Positions 32,942-42,541 of a stretch of DNA of 64,000 nucleotides are shown in pieces. The notes under the pieces are model-generated. The model did not search any database. It was not told the origin of the DNA and worked only from the letters and a program-made list of their open reading frames with translations. The stretch spans positions 64,001 through 128,000 of the forward strand of contig CAWHEP010000014.1 of assembly GCA_963828525.1 (NCBI GenBank), written 5' to 3'. The position numbers and the translations under genes were made by a program. This DNA comes from an uncultured Verrucomicrobiae bacterium (GTDB lineage Bacteria; Verrucomicrobiota; Verrucomicrobiia; Chthoniobacterales; Chthoniobacteraceae). Position 1 is the stretch's first letter, and the number at the start of each line of letters is the position of its first letter.

Positions 32942-33822
32942 CAGAGCTGGAATCCAAGGTTGGTGAGAGCGGGGAGGGGAGTTCACCCTGGCGGCGCGCC
33001 GTCACTCGCCTGCGCGAGGACAAGCTCGCCAGCGCCGGCTTTGTCATCCTGGTGATTCTTTCCCTTGCTTGTGTCGTGGGCCCTTTCTTCAGCCCCTATG
33101 GCTATCAGGATCAGGACCTGTCCCTCGTCGCCTCTGGCCCCGCTCACTCGCACTGGCTTGGCACCGATGCCCTGGGTCGCGATCTTCTTACCCGGCTTCT
33201 GTATGGCGGACGCGTATCGATGCTCGTCGGTCTCGTCGCGACGGCCGTCTCTCTCGTAATCGGGGTTTTGTATGGCGCCATTTCAGGATTCTTTGGAGGG
33301 AAGATCGACTCACTCATGATGCGTTTCGTGGACATCATGTACGCGCTGCCTTTCACTATTTTCGTGATTCTGCTGATGGTTTTCTTTGGCAAGAAGTTTA
33401 TCCTCCTTTTTGTCGCGATTGGCGCTGTGGAGTGGCTCACCATGGCCCGCATCGTTCGCGGGCAGGTGCAGTCATTGAAGCGTCAGGAATTTATTGAAGC
33501 GGCGGAGGCGCTCGGTTTGTCACGCCGCCGGATCCTGATTCGGCACATGCTTCCAAACGTTGCTGGCGTGATCCTGGTCTACGCCACGCTTACCGTGCCC
33601 GAAGTGATGCTCCTGGAGGCGTTCCTCAGCTTTCTCGGCCTGGGAGTACAGCCTCCCATGAGTTCATGGGGGGTGCTCATTAGCGACGGGGCCCTGAGGA
33701 TGGAGGAGAACCCACTGATGCTGATCGCTCCCGCGCTCGCGCTGGCGCTCACCCTCTTTTCTCTAAACTTCCTTGGAGATGGACTCCGCGAGGCACTGGA
33801 TCCTCGCGGACAGGCGGCGTGA
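32938..33822 (+). CDS. oppC: Oligopeptide ABC transporter permease
   Basis: HWLGTDALGRD, ARIVRGQ, EFIEAA, EAFLSFLGLG, GDGLREALDP. Confidence 0.92.
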   Translation: MTELESKVGESGEGSSPWRRAVTRLREDKLASAGFVILVILSLACVVGPFFSPYGYQDQDLSLVASGPAHSHWLGTDALGRDLLTRLLYGGRVSMLVGLVATAVSLVIGVLYGAISGFFGGKIDSLMMRFVDIMYALPFTIFVILLMVFFGKKFILLFVAIGAVEWLTMARIVRGQVQSLKRQEFIEAAEALGLSRRRILIRHMLPNVAGVILVYATLTVPEVMLLEAFLSFLGLGVQPPMSSWGVLISDGALRMEENPLMLIAPALALALTLFSLNFLGDGLREALDPRGQAA

Positions 33823-33832
33823 ATAGAGCTGT

Positions 33833-34822
33833 ATGAAATCGCTTCTTGAAGTCCGCGGCTTGAGGACGCATTTCCATTCCCGCTCGGGAATCGCGCGCGC
33901 CGTGAACGGGATTTCATTTAACCTCGAGGAAGGGCAGACCCTGGGCATTGTGGGTGAATCGGGTTCTGGCAAATCCGTCACATGCTACTCGCTCATGCGA
34001 TTGATCCCTGAGCCGCCCGGCAGGATCGAGGCTGGAGAGGTGTATTTCGACGGCATTGACCTGCTGCGACTCCCGCCCGCGGAGATGTCCCGCATTCGGG
34101 GGAAGCGGATCTCCATGGTTTTCCAGGATCCAATGACGTCGCTGAACCCCTATCTTCGAGTGGAGGATCAGTTGATCGAGCCGCTGTTGATCCATGAACG
34201 CCTCAGCCGCAAGGAGGCAGTGCCCCGCGCCTTGAAAGCCCTGGAGGAGGTTGGAATCCAGGATGCGGCGCGCAGAATCCGGAGTTTCCCGCATGAGTTC
34301 TCAGGAGGAATGAGGCAGCGGGTGATGATCGCGATGGCCTTGATCGCCAGGCCTCAACTTCTGATAGCGGACGAACCGACGACAGCGTTGGACGTCACTG
34401 TGCAGGCTCAGATCCTCGATTTGATCAAGAGCATGCAGACCAAATCCGGAGGCATGGCTGTGATCTTCGTGACGCATGACCTCGGAATTGTGTCTGGTTT
34501 TTGCGACCGCGTGCTCGTCATGTACGCCGGGAACATAGTAGAGGCGGCGACGACGCAAGACTTGTTCTACGATACCCGCCATCCCTATACGAAGGCGCTC
34601 CAGAAGGCGGTGCCGTCGCTTCAGGCAAAGGGCGGGGAACTTTACACCATCAGCGGAGAACCGCCTGACATGTCCCGCCCGCTTCCTGGTTGTCCGTTCG
34701 CGCCGCGGTGCGCCTACGCGAAGGAGGAGTGCCGACTTGCGTCCATCCGGTTGGAAGAGGTGGCTCCGGGACACCTTTCAGCTTGCTTGCGAGTGCAACA
34801 AGGAGAGATCGATCTTCGATGA
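33833..34822 (+). CDS. oppD: Oligopeptide ABC transporter ATP-binding protein
   Basis: GESGSGKS, PHEFSGGMRQR, ADEPTTALDVTVQAQIL, C-terminal GCPFAPRC. Confidence 0.92.
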   Translation: MKSLLEVRGLRTHFHSRSGIARAVNGISFNLEEGQTLGIVGESGSGKSVTCYSLMRLIPEPPGRIEAGEVYFDGIDLLRLPPAEMSRIRGKRISMVFQDPMTSLNPYLRVEDQLIEPLLIHERLSRKEAVPRALKALEEVGIQDAARRIRSFPHEFSGGMRQRVMIAMALIARPQLLIADEPTTALDVTVQAQILDLIKSMQTKSGGMAVIFVTHDLGIVSGFCDRVLVMYAGNIVEAATTQDLFYDTRHPYTKALQKAVPSLQAKGGELYTISGEPPDMSRPLPGCPFAPRCAYAKEECRLASIRLEEVAPGHLSACLRVQQGEIDLR

Positions 34823-35802
34823 TTGCCCCGCCGCTGCTCAAAGTAACTGATCTGCGAACCCATTTTCCTGTGGAGAAAGGAGTTCTGTTCCGCCGTCTGC
34901 TTGGCACGGTGAAGGCGGTGGATGGGGTGTCCCTGGAGGTTGCGAAAGGGGAGACGCTTGGGTTGGTGGGAGAGTCCGGATGCGGCAAGTCCACGCTTGG
35001 TCGCACGATCATACAGATGATCCGACCTACTTCAGGCGCCGTGTTCCTGGAAAATGTGAATCTTGCCGGATTGAAGCGCCGGGAACTCAGGGCGGCTCGC
35101 GCGGATTTCCAGATGATCTTCCAGGATCCTTACGCGACACTCAACCCGCGCATGACCATATCTGACGCGCTCCTGGAGGCGGTTTGCGCGCATAGGCGGG
35201 TTTCTGATCCCGCAGCGGAGGTTTCCCAGCTTCTGGAGAAAGTGGGGCTCGGGTCCAGATTCCTGTCTAAATTTCCCTATGAGTTTTCAGGCGGTCAGAG
35301 GCAGCGGATCGCTATCGCGCGCGCCTTGGCCGTGAGGCCAAAGCTCATCATCGCCGACGAGCCCGTTTCCGCCCTGGATGTCTCGATCCAGGCCCAAATA
35401 TTGAATCTCCTGACGACGATCCGAGGTGAAATGGGTCTCACGATGATCTTCATCTCTCACGATCTCTCAGTGGTGAAGCATATCTCAGATCGCATCGCGG
35501 TGATGTATCTCGGCAGAATCGTAGAGCAGGGGAACGCCGTGGATGTGGTCGAAAGGCCGCTGCACCCGTACACCAAAGCGCTCGTAAGCGCCGTGCCCAT
35601 CCCGGATCCCGCGCGGGAAAAAGCCCGTCGCCGCATTTCGCTGGAGGGTGACCCGCCCTCGCCGATCAATCCTCCCTCGGGATGTCCATTTCACCCGAGA
35701 TGCTCCTACGCCATTCCACAATGCGCGTCACAAGTTCCACAACTGGAGGAATTCGGATCCGGGCGGACAGTGGCCTGCATCCGCGCGCGGCAGATCAATT
35801 AA
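34819..35802 (+). CDS. oppF: Oligopeptide ABC transporter ATP-binding protein
   Basis: GESGCGKST, FSGGQRQRI, DEPVSALDVSIQAQ, PSPINPPSGCPFHPRC. Start at ATG 34819. Confidence 0.92.
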   Translation: MIAPPLLKVTDLRTHFPVEKGVLFRRLLGTVKAVDGVSLEVAKGETLGLVGESGCGKSTLGRTIIQMIRPTSGAVFLENVNLAGLKRRELRAARADFQMIFQDPYATLNPRMTISDALLEAVCAHRRVSDPAAEVSQLLEKVGLGSRFLSKFPYEFSGGQRQRIAIARALAVRPKLIIADEPVSALDVSIQAQILNLLTTIRGEMGLTMIFISHDLSVVKHISDRIAVMYLGRIVEQGNAVDVVERPLHPYTKALVSAVPIPDPAREKARRRISLEGDPPSPINPPSGCPFHPRCSYAIPQCASQVPQLEEFGSGRTVACIRARQIN

Positions 35803-35808
35803 CGCTAC

Positions 35809-36564
35809 TCAGCCCCGAGGTTCTTTGCTATAGGCCCGGATCGCATCCCTCAGCTGCGCCGCTTTCTCGTACGCCTCCGACTCGATCGCCTTGTCCATCT
35901 CGCGCTGCATCATCTCCAGCTTGGTGAGAGGACGCTTGGCGCGAACCTCCTCCAGCCATTCATCCAGAAAAGTGACTTCTGGACTCTTCTCGGCCAGTTC
36001 CGGATTTCCGATCTCCTGATAGACGGTTATGATCTTCTCACGGCCCTCTTCGATGAGGCGCACAGTTGCCGCGAAGTCATCTTTCTCCAACTCGAGCGAA
36101 GCGCGCGCGCGTGTGTTCATCATCAGCACGTACGGCCGGAACTGCTCCATCGCCGTGCCGAGCTCCTCGCGCTCCGCGTATTTCACGATAAAGTCGAATA
36201 AATCCAGATTCCGCTGGGTGTCCCGGATGACTCCGCTGAAGTCATTGAGTTGAAAAAAGCTGATATACCGGTGGTAATACTGGATGCCCTCTTGCTGCAG
36301 TTCCCCGCATTCGTCCGCCGTCAGTGTGTAAGTCTGCCCAGCTCTCTCCTTCTCGCGCGCAAGGCCCTGGTGATGGATTAGGAGCGATTCGCTATCGTGA
36401 GGCCGCTGTCCGTCCGGTCTGCCCGTCACGTCCATCTGGATGAGCCCCAGATCGATCCGGAGCTGCAGTTTTTCCCGCCCGTCCATGCCGACGATCTTTC
36501 GCACCTTGATCTGTCCCGGTTCGTGCGGCCAGTCCCTCAGCAAATTATTCAGGTCCAGATTCAT
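35809..36564 (-). CDS. Conserved hypothetical protein with C-terminal UvrB/UvrC (UVR) motif
   Basis: C-terminal MDKAIESEAYEKAAQLRDAI; N-terminal QLRIDLGLIQMDVTGRPDG. Confidence 0.75.
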   Translation of the reverse strand: MNLDLNNLLRDWPHEPGQIKVRKIVGMDGREKLQLRIDLGLIQMDVTGRPDGQRPHDSESLLIHHQGLAREKERAGQTYTLTADECGELQQEGIQYYHRYISFFQLNDFSGVIRDTQRNLDLFDFIVKYAEREELGTAMEQFRPYVLMMNTRARASLELEKDDFAATVRLIEEGREKIITVYQEIGNPELAEKSPEVTFLDEWLEEVRAKRPLTKLEMMQREMDKAIESEAYEKAAQLRDAIRAYSKEPRG

Positions 36565-36575
36565 CTCGTAAATTC

Positions 36576-36604
36576 AATATCCAAATCGAATCTTCGTTTG
36601 TCAA
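36576..36604 (-). promoter_or_regulatory. Putative sigma70 promoter for the UVR-motif gene (near-leaderless)
   Basis: Minus strand TTGACA (36604-36599), 17-bp spacer, GATATT (36581-36576). Confidence 0.5.
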
Positions 36605-36740
36605 TGGAGCGCGGGCATCGCCGCTGCTTTCTTCGTTGGATTTCCAAACGGCGGTCCCGCGATCAGAAGCCATCACCTAAAACCCAACCGCGCGCGTCTC
36701 GCGTAGCGATACAGCGGTGTAAAGCAGGACCTCCCAATTC

Positions 36741-37196
36741 ATGAAACCAGAAGAGCCAATTACCCGCGAGAAACTTGTCGAACTACTGAATGAAGACCTT
36801 GCCCGGGAGTACCAGGCGGTCATCGCGTACGTCACCTATAGCCAGACGTTAAAGGGGGCTGAATACAGCGACATTGCCGGAGAACTCGAAACCCACGCCA
36901 GCGAGGAACTCGCCCATGCGATCGCCATAGCGAATCAGGTGGACTACTTTGGTGGCGAACCGGTCACCGTCCCCAAAGAAGTGAAGCAGTCCGACAAACC
37001 GACGGACATGCTCCAGTTCGATCTCAATAATGAGAAGGAGACCATCATCAACTACCGCGCCCGCATCCGGCAGGCCGAGGCGCTTGGCGAATACGCGCTC
37101 AGCGAGGTCCTGCGCAAAATCATCGTGCAGGAACAGGATCACCTCCAGGACTTAGCGGACGCGCTCGGGATCGACGCCCCGATCATCAGCGACTGA
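36741..37196 (+). CDS. Ferritin-like / bacterioferritin-family protein
   Basis: Four-helix di-iron ligands: REYQA, EELAH, NEKET, QEQDH. Confidence 0.85.
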   Translation: MKPEEPITREKLVELLNEDLAREYQAVIAYVTYSQTLKGAEYSDIAGELETHASEELAHAIAIANQVDYFGGEPVTVPKEVKQSDKPTDMLQFDLNNEKETIINYRARIRQAEALGEYALSEVLRKIIVQEQDHLQDLADALGIDAPIISD

Positions 37197-37227
37197 CACC
37201 GTGGCGAAAGCCTGCGGTAGAAAGCCG

Positions 37228-37788
37228 TCAATTTTTTACCGCTGTCTCGACCCCTTTTTGCGTCCACACATAGGCGCCGTCGGGCTTTAGCGTTTCGACC
37301 CATTCTCCATTGAACGCGCTGTGCTCAGCAAGGGCAGCCTGCTGTTTTTGCACGTCCGCCAGGGAGATCTTTTGAGTTAACGCCATCTGCTGCATCAGCA
37401 GCGCGCGGTCCTTGTTCTCGTCCGCGACCAGCCCGCGCGCATAGGCGCCGTACTCGCCGGGAGCATCGTTGCGGATGGCGAGAAGCCCCAGATGATTCTC
37501 GCCCACCAAACGCGAGTTCTTCAGCGGCTGTATCTCACCCAGCCGCGCTCGCCTTCGGTTTTGCGCTTCCTCTGGCGTGTCGGGCGTGGCAACTGCGGGA
37601 GCGGGTTTCTTTTCCGCGACTCCTTGCCCGTGCTGATAGACATCCAGCTTCATATCGATGTTCACCTTTATTGGCTGCGGAGTGGAAAGGCTCACTGAAG
37701 GCAGCGAACATCCAGATAACCCAAACAGGGAAGTGGCAAGCACGACACTTCGCCACAGCCGCTGAGTTATCCGAGACCGCTTGCTCAC
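37228..37788 (-). CDS. Lipoprotein: YnbE-like N-terminus fused to YdbL/DUF1318-like domain
   Basis: Lipobox LSGC and PIKVNIDMKLDVY (YnbE-like), then LKNSRLVGENHLGLL, LVADENKDR, GEWVE...W..K (DUF1318-like). Confidence 0.7.
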   Translation of the reverse strand: MSKRSRITQRLWRSVVLATSLFGLSGCSLPSVSLSTPQPIKVNIDMKLDVYQHGQGVAEKKPAPAVATPDTPEEAQNRRRARLGEIQPLKNSRLVGENHLGLLAIRNDAPGEYGAYARGLVADENKDRALLMQQMALTQKISLADVQKQQAALAEHSAFNGEWVETLKPDGAYVWTQKGVETAVKN

Positions 37789-40199
37789 GGGCGTCGCGCG
37801 AGGGTCGCGCTCTCCTGGGCTCCGTGGAGGACCGCGTCGAAATTCCGGGAACCTCCCGGCCCGCGCAGGTTCAGCTTCAGCTCGCCTCGATCTCCGGTAA
37901 ACCAGAATGAACCGTTGCCGTTGCTGTAATCAAAGTCGCGCAGCGTCTCAAGCCCAATGCGGGTCAAGCTGGTTTTAAGCAGCGTCCAGCCAGCCGGGAG
38001 CTGGCCCAGCACTTCATCCAGCTTGGTGACCTTCAGCTTTCCTGGCCGCGGGATTGTGAAACTGCCTAGCATTCGCTGAATGTCATGATTTAAGCCGTTC
38101 ACTTCCAGTTTGAAATCGCCGGGGCCCGTCATCTGTATGTTTTTCGGCGCCATCACATCCGTGACCCCGCGCAGGTCGACCTTTGTCCCCGACATCCAGC
38201 CCGTCCAGGGGGACGCGTCTTGCGTGAAGAAGCTGAAGCCCCCTGTCAGGTAACCTCCATAGGCGGCGCCGCCCACCTGCCCGTAAATGCCTTCCTTGTC
38301 GTACGTCACCGAGAAATAGAACTGGCTTCCGACAAACTGCCTCCAGCGGATTTCCGACGTTTGCAAAGTATGGACAAGATTATCGCTATGCTTCTCAGGA
38401 GGCAGTCCGAACTCGATCTTCCCAAACAGCTTTCGCAATTCCAACTGGTAATCGGGAAACCGGTAATCCGACTGCGGTATGTCCAGCTTCAGCTTCAACT
38501 GGACATCATCCAGATTGCTGAAGTCCAGATTCGTCGCGGCCCATGAAAATCGCATGGGAAGGGCCACGCTCGTCTTGCCGCCGTTCGTGATCAGGATTTC
38601 GCCGAGACTCGCGCCCAGCTTCCGGATGATCCAGCGCGGCGCGGGGGCTGGCCCGGCCTCGGGCGCGGCTTGTACCGCCGGTTGTTTTTGTTTTAGCGCG
38701 TCTGCATACCAAAAAAGGTCTTCGCCCACGAAGATTTGGGGACTCACGAGGCTGATCTCCTCAATTTCATTCCGCAACAACTGCGCCAGCGAGAACCTGG
38801 CGAAGATAGTCTTCAACGTCACCACTGGCACGAAGGGGTCCAGCGGTGAGTGAATCGAAATATCGGAGAGCTCCACCGTCTGCGTGATGTTGCTGGCAAG
38901 CCCAGGATCGGCGCTGAGGGCGACGTCACTCAGATCGGTGCGCAGGTAGATGCCCAGATCCGGAACGCCGAGACCGATTTCCGAAAGGAAGATATATCCG
39001 CTCTGAATCGAGAGATCGCGCACACGCCACGGTGTCACTGCCGCGATGGCTCCAGCGCCTCCCGGCGCGTTCCCGGACGCGCTCGGCAGCAGCGAGCGAA
39101 GCTGCCGCCCCACGCTCACCCACAGCCCGGTCGTTTCGATCTTTGCGATCTCTTTCCGGCCTAATCCGGCGGTGGAGAAGTCAATCTGCAGCGAGTCGAG
39201 CAGCGCGAACGGGTGCAACGGGTCCTGCGGCGCCGCGCATCGCACGTCCCACAGCTGCGCGGTCTGCGTCTTTTCATCCGCGACCGGCCCGCCCAGCGTG
39301 AAGTCCGCCGCGTCCAGGGTGTATTTGAAAGATACATCCGGCACAGACGGCCCAAGCCCGGATGCGGACGCCTCGCCATCCCTTAACTTAAGTTTCCCGC
39401 AACGCCAGGCGTCTTCAGTCGCCGCCGTTGCGGCAGAAGCTTTTGCGCTGGCTGGAGCTGCCGAAAGTTCCCGGATCAGTTCTGGATCGGCATGCGACGA
39501 GGGCGCGGTCACGACAACCTCTTCCACCCGTTTGCGCGCAAGCTGGTCGATTGTGAACTGGATCGCGACGCCTTTGACACCGGCCATCCTCCGAGGCCTC
39601 GGCTCGCGGCTGAGAACCTCGATGTTATTTAGCTCGAGGCTCTGCATCTCACGGGACCAGCGGGTATCGGAAGTGAGATACACATTCTTCAGTTGCGAAC
39701 TGAAATCGAACTCAACGCGCGGGGCCGTTCCCGTATCGACAGAGCACTTCCCCGAGCGGATTGACACCCTGCCGACCTGCCACAGCGCGCTTTCGTCGTT
39801 TGTCTCTGCCGGCGCCTTCGCGGCGGAACCTGGCAGCGCGGATAGCGGATTCCCGATCTTTATCGACGCGCCGGTAATCTCCACCCCGGCAATGCGATGC
39901 CGCCATAAGTCGGGCGCGGAGAAATCCACTTTCACCGCCGACAGCGATAGTAACGGCTTTTGGCTGTTGCGAGGCCTGAGATCGACACCCGCGAGATCCA
40001 CCCGCGACATCCCTGAAAGCTTCGCGTCGGCAATCCGCAGCGAATACCCTCCCAGCTCGCGGTTTGCCACAAACGCCAGCGTTTCGGCAAAGTGCTCCAC
40101 CACCCAGCAGGCAGCGAGGACGATCACCACCCCCGCGACGAAGAGCGGATAGAAGATCAGGCGCAGCCAGAGCCGAAGCCGTGAGCGCCTGGCCTTCAT
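37785..40199 (-). CDS. YdbH/AsmA-like beta-rich intermembrane lipid-transfer protein
   Basis: Single N-terminal TM anchor, beta-rich body with tandem repeats, C-terminal LETLRDFDY...GELKLNLRG. Lies upstream of the YnbE/YdbL-like gene. Confidence 0.65.
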   Translation of the reverse strand: MKARRSRLRLWLRLIFYPLFVAGVVIVLAACWVVEHFAETLAFVANRELGGYSLRIADAKLSGMSRVDLAGVDLRPRNSQKPLLSLSAVKVDFSAPDLWRHRIAGVEITGASIKIGNPLSALPGSAAKAPAETNDESALWQVGRVSIRSGKCSVDTGTAPRVEFDFSSQLKNVYLTSDTRWSREMQSLELNNIEVLSREPRPRRMAGVKGVAIQFTIDQLARKRVEEVVVTAPSSHADPELIRELSAAPASAKASAATAATEDAWRCGKLKLRDGEASASGLGPSVPDVSFKYTLDAADFTLGGPVADEKTQTAQLWDVRCAAPQDPLHPFALLDSLQIDFSTAGLGRKEIAKIETTGLWVSVGRQLRSLLPSASGNAPGGAGAIAAVTPWRVRDLSIQSGYIFLSEIGLGVPDLGIYLRTDLSDVALSADPGLASNITQTVELSDISIHSPLDPFVPVVTLKTIFARFSLAQLLRNEIEEISLVSPQIFVGEDLFWYADALKQKQPAVQAAPEAGPAPAPRWIIRKLGASLGEILITNGGKTSVALPMRFSWAATNLDFSNLDDVQLKLKLDIPQSDYRFPDYQLELRKLFGKIEFGLPPEKHSDNLVHTLQTSEIRWRQFVGSQFYFSVTYDKEGIYGQVGGAAYGGYLTGGFSFFTQDASPWTGWMSGTKVDLRGVTDVMAPKNIQMTGPGDFKLEVNGLNHDIQRMLGSFTIPRPGKLKVTKLDEVLGQLPAGWTLLKTSLTRIGLETLRDFDYSNGNGSFWFTGDRGELKLNLRGPGGSRNFDAVLHGAQESATLARRP

Positions 40200-40864
40200 G
40201 CCAGCAAATCCGGGCGTGTCTTTTGGGTCTTTTCCAACGATCTCTGCCGCCTCCACTCGGCGATCGCCGCGTGGTTCCCTGAAAGCAATATTTCAGGCAC
40301 ACGCCACCCCTTGTACTCCACCGGGCGCGTGTAATGCGGAAACTCGAGCGCGCCTCCCGAAAATGAATCCTGCGCCGCCGAATCTTCATCCCCCAGCACC
40401 CCCGGGATCAGCCGCACCACGGCATCGGTGAACACGAGAGCCGCGACAGCCCCGTTCGTCAGCACATAATCGCCGATGGAGATTTCGTCGTCTGCGACAT
40501 GCTCCGCCACGCGGGCGTCCACTCCCTCGTAATGTCCGCACACCAGGATCAAGTGGGAAACAGCCGAAAACTCCTTTGCGATGGCATGGCTAAACCGCCG
40601 ACCCGCGGGCGACATGAGCACGACCCGCGTCCCTTGCTGCCTCAACGATTCTACCGCTTCAAAGATCGGTTCCACTTTCATCACCATGCCCTGGCCCCCG
40701 CCGTAGGGCGCGTCATCTGTTACGTGGTGCTTGTCACGCGCCCAATCGCGGATGTTGTGAACATGGATCGATGCCAGCCCCTTATCCCGAGCGCGCTTCA
40801 TCATGCTCTCCGCGAGCGCTCCCTCACAGATGCCGGGGAACAGTGTCAGGATATCAACGCGCAT
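40196..40864 (-). CDS. trmD: tRNA (guanine37-N1)-methyltransferase
   Basis: [52 protein letters not shown]. Confidence 0.96.
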   Translation of the reverse strand: MRVDILTLFPGICEGALAESMMKRARDKGLASIHVHNIRDWARDKHHVTDDAPYGGGQGMVMKVEPIFEAVESLRQQGTRVVLMSPAGRRFSHAIAKEFSAVSHLILVCGHYEGVDARVAEHVADDEISIGDYVLTNGAVAALVFTDAVVRLIPGVLGDEDSAAQDSFSGGALEFPHYTRPVEYKGWRVPEILLSGNHAAIAEWRRQRSLEKTQKTRPDLLA

Positions 40865-41059
40865 TGCCTTACTTTCTTCCAGCCGACGAGGCTTGCGACA
40901 AGCTGTTTCGTGGCGCGGGCCGGGCATATTGCCTAGTTCTAGAGAACTCCAAGGGAACACCGGGCGCGTTGGAAGAGAAATCCATTGCCTCATAATGATG
41001 GACACCACGACGTCTCGCTTTTGGATCGACATCCGTTTCGCATCCGTTATGGTTTCACT

Positions 41060-41302
41060 ATGCCTACAATCACCCTTAAAAATGTTCCAGAGGATGTTCA
41101 CTCTGCGCTCAAGCAGCGAGCCAAACGCCACAAACGGTCGCTCAATCAGGAAGCGATTTTTTGCCTCGACTTTGCACTCGGCCGCCGTTCCCGCGATCCA
41201 CGAACCCTTCTGGATGAAATTCGTAATCTCCGTTCCCACATTTCCATGAAGCGGGTGAGTCTGGATTGGATTGACAGCGCAAAACGCCAAGGGCGTTCAT
41301 GA
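41060..41302 (+). CDS. FitA/Arc-like ribbon-helix-helix antitoxin
   Basis: [33 protein letters not shown] overlap with the PIN gene. Confidence 0.85.
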   Translation: MPTITLKNVPEDVHSALKQRAKRHKRSLNQEAIFCLDFALGRRSRDPRTLLDEIRNLRSHISMKRVSLDWIDSAKRQGRS

Positions 41303-41703
41303 TCGTTGCCGATACCAGCCTGATCGCCTCGCTGCTCCTTTCAACGCCAGCAACAGCAATTGCCGAGGCGGTTCTGGAAAAAGACCCCGATTGGACGGCG
41401 CCTGCACTGTGGCGCTACGAGTTCAAAAATGTCCTGGCGACCCAAGTTCGTGTTTTGGGGTTGCCGCTGGATCAAGCCGTGGCCCTCTTTGAGAAGGCTG
41501 AGGAAGTGATCGTCGATCCCGCGATTGAAGTAGAACCGGGAGCGGTCCTTCGCCTTGCCGGCGCCAAAAAGCTCTCTGCATACGACGCCGAATTCGTCGG
41601 CCTCGCCCTCGCTTTGAAAGCAAAACTGGTAACCGTTGACAGCGGAATTCTCAAAGCCGTCCCCGATCTGGCCATCTCACCCGATGCTTTCGCAACCGCC
41701 TGA
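41299..41703 (+). CDS. vapC: VapC/PIN-domain toxin
   Basis: MIVADTS, APALWRYE, LSAYDAEFVGLA, LVTVD. Confidence 0.88.
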   Translation: MIVADTSLIASLLLSTPATAIAEAVLEKDPDWTAPALWRYEFKNVLATQVRVLGLPLDQAVALFEKAEEVIVDPAIEVEPGAVLRLAGAKKLSAYDAEFVGLALALKAKLVTVDSGILKAVPDLAISPDAFATA

Positions 41704-41849
41704 TAATTTGGTTTTTGATCGTGAGGAAGTGATCTCCCATCCATGACCCGCTTTTGTGGCTCTTCGCTGTTCTAACAGACTGTTCAAAACACGCCTGCCT
41801 TTTTATACCAAACGACCCCCGCAAAACCACGCCTTTTTTAAAAGGCCTG

Positions 41850-42451
41850 TTAGGCAATTAGAAAAGGCGGAATAGCGAGAATGTGCGTCAAGAATAATTT
41901 CAAGGCTGCGCACTGGGTTAAATCGCGGACTTTTCGGAACGCGTCTTCAAATGTCATTTGGAGATAGATGAGCATAATATCCGACTCATCGAGGGGAGCC
42001 CGGAGCTTGAATTTACCAGGATACAAAGGCCCATAACGAATCCATCCACCACGGGAAGTCGCGCCGCCGAGGTATAAACTGCCGTTCTCTGAGTAGATAC
42101 TGCAATCCCCAAGGGTTAAATAGCCAGACCATCCCGCTTTGATCTGACTGTAATCCCGGTAGGAAAGCGGCACAATCCATCCGAAGCCTCTCCTCCCGGG
42201 ACCGTTCTACCCTTATCATCCACGATTTCGAGAGTCGTCGACCTGCCGATCGGGAGAACGAGTCGCTGGCTACCTGCATTTTTGACCTTCCATAGAATCA
42301 ATATGGGCGAAGCGACATTCCCCTTTTCGACCTTCCATTCGGCTGGCGAGACTGACAGAGCAAATTCCAGCCTTGCGTCCGAGGCAAGAATTCCCGTTGC
42401 GCAGAAGACAAGGCAAAGAAAGACGCCGGCTTTCATCATCCCTCTACTCAC
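41850..42451 (-). pseudogene. Broken gene for a secreted hypothetical protein
   Basis: A signal-peptide ORF (42451-42116) appears to continue in another frame near 42175 (PLSYRDYSQIKAGWSG...GPLYPGKFKLR). Could be decay or a sequencing error. Confidence 0.4.
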
Positions 42452-42541
42452 TCGCAGTTGCGTGACTTGATTTCAACCTTGGGTTTGTCTCGCCTCCTGC
42501 TCGTCCCCGTGTTTAGCTGCCACCCAAGTTATCCCCCTCGA

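Noticed and set aside
39046..40152. 368-aa Ser/Ala-rich plus-strand ORF
   Set aside because: Antisense shadow of the YdbH-like gene.
40865..41290. Apparent long N-terminal extension on TrmD (364-aa ORF)
   Set aside because: Overlaps the antitoxin on the opposite strand; the canonical TrmD start MRVDILTLF is at 40864, so this is not a fusion.
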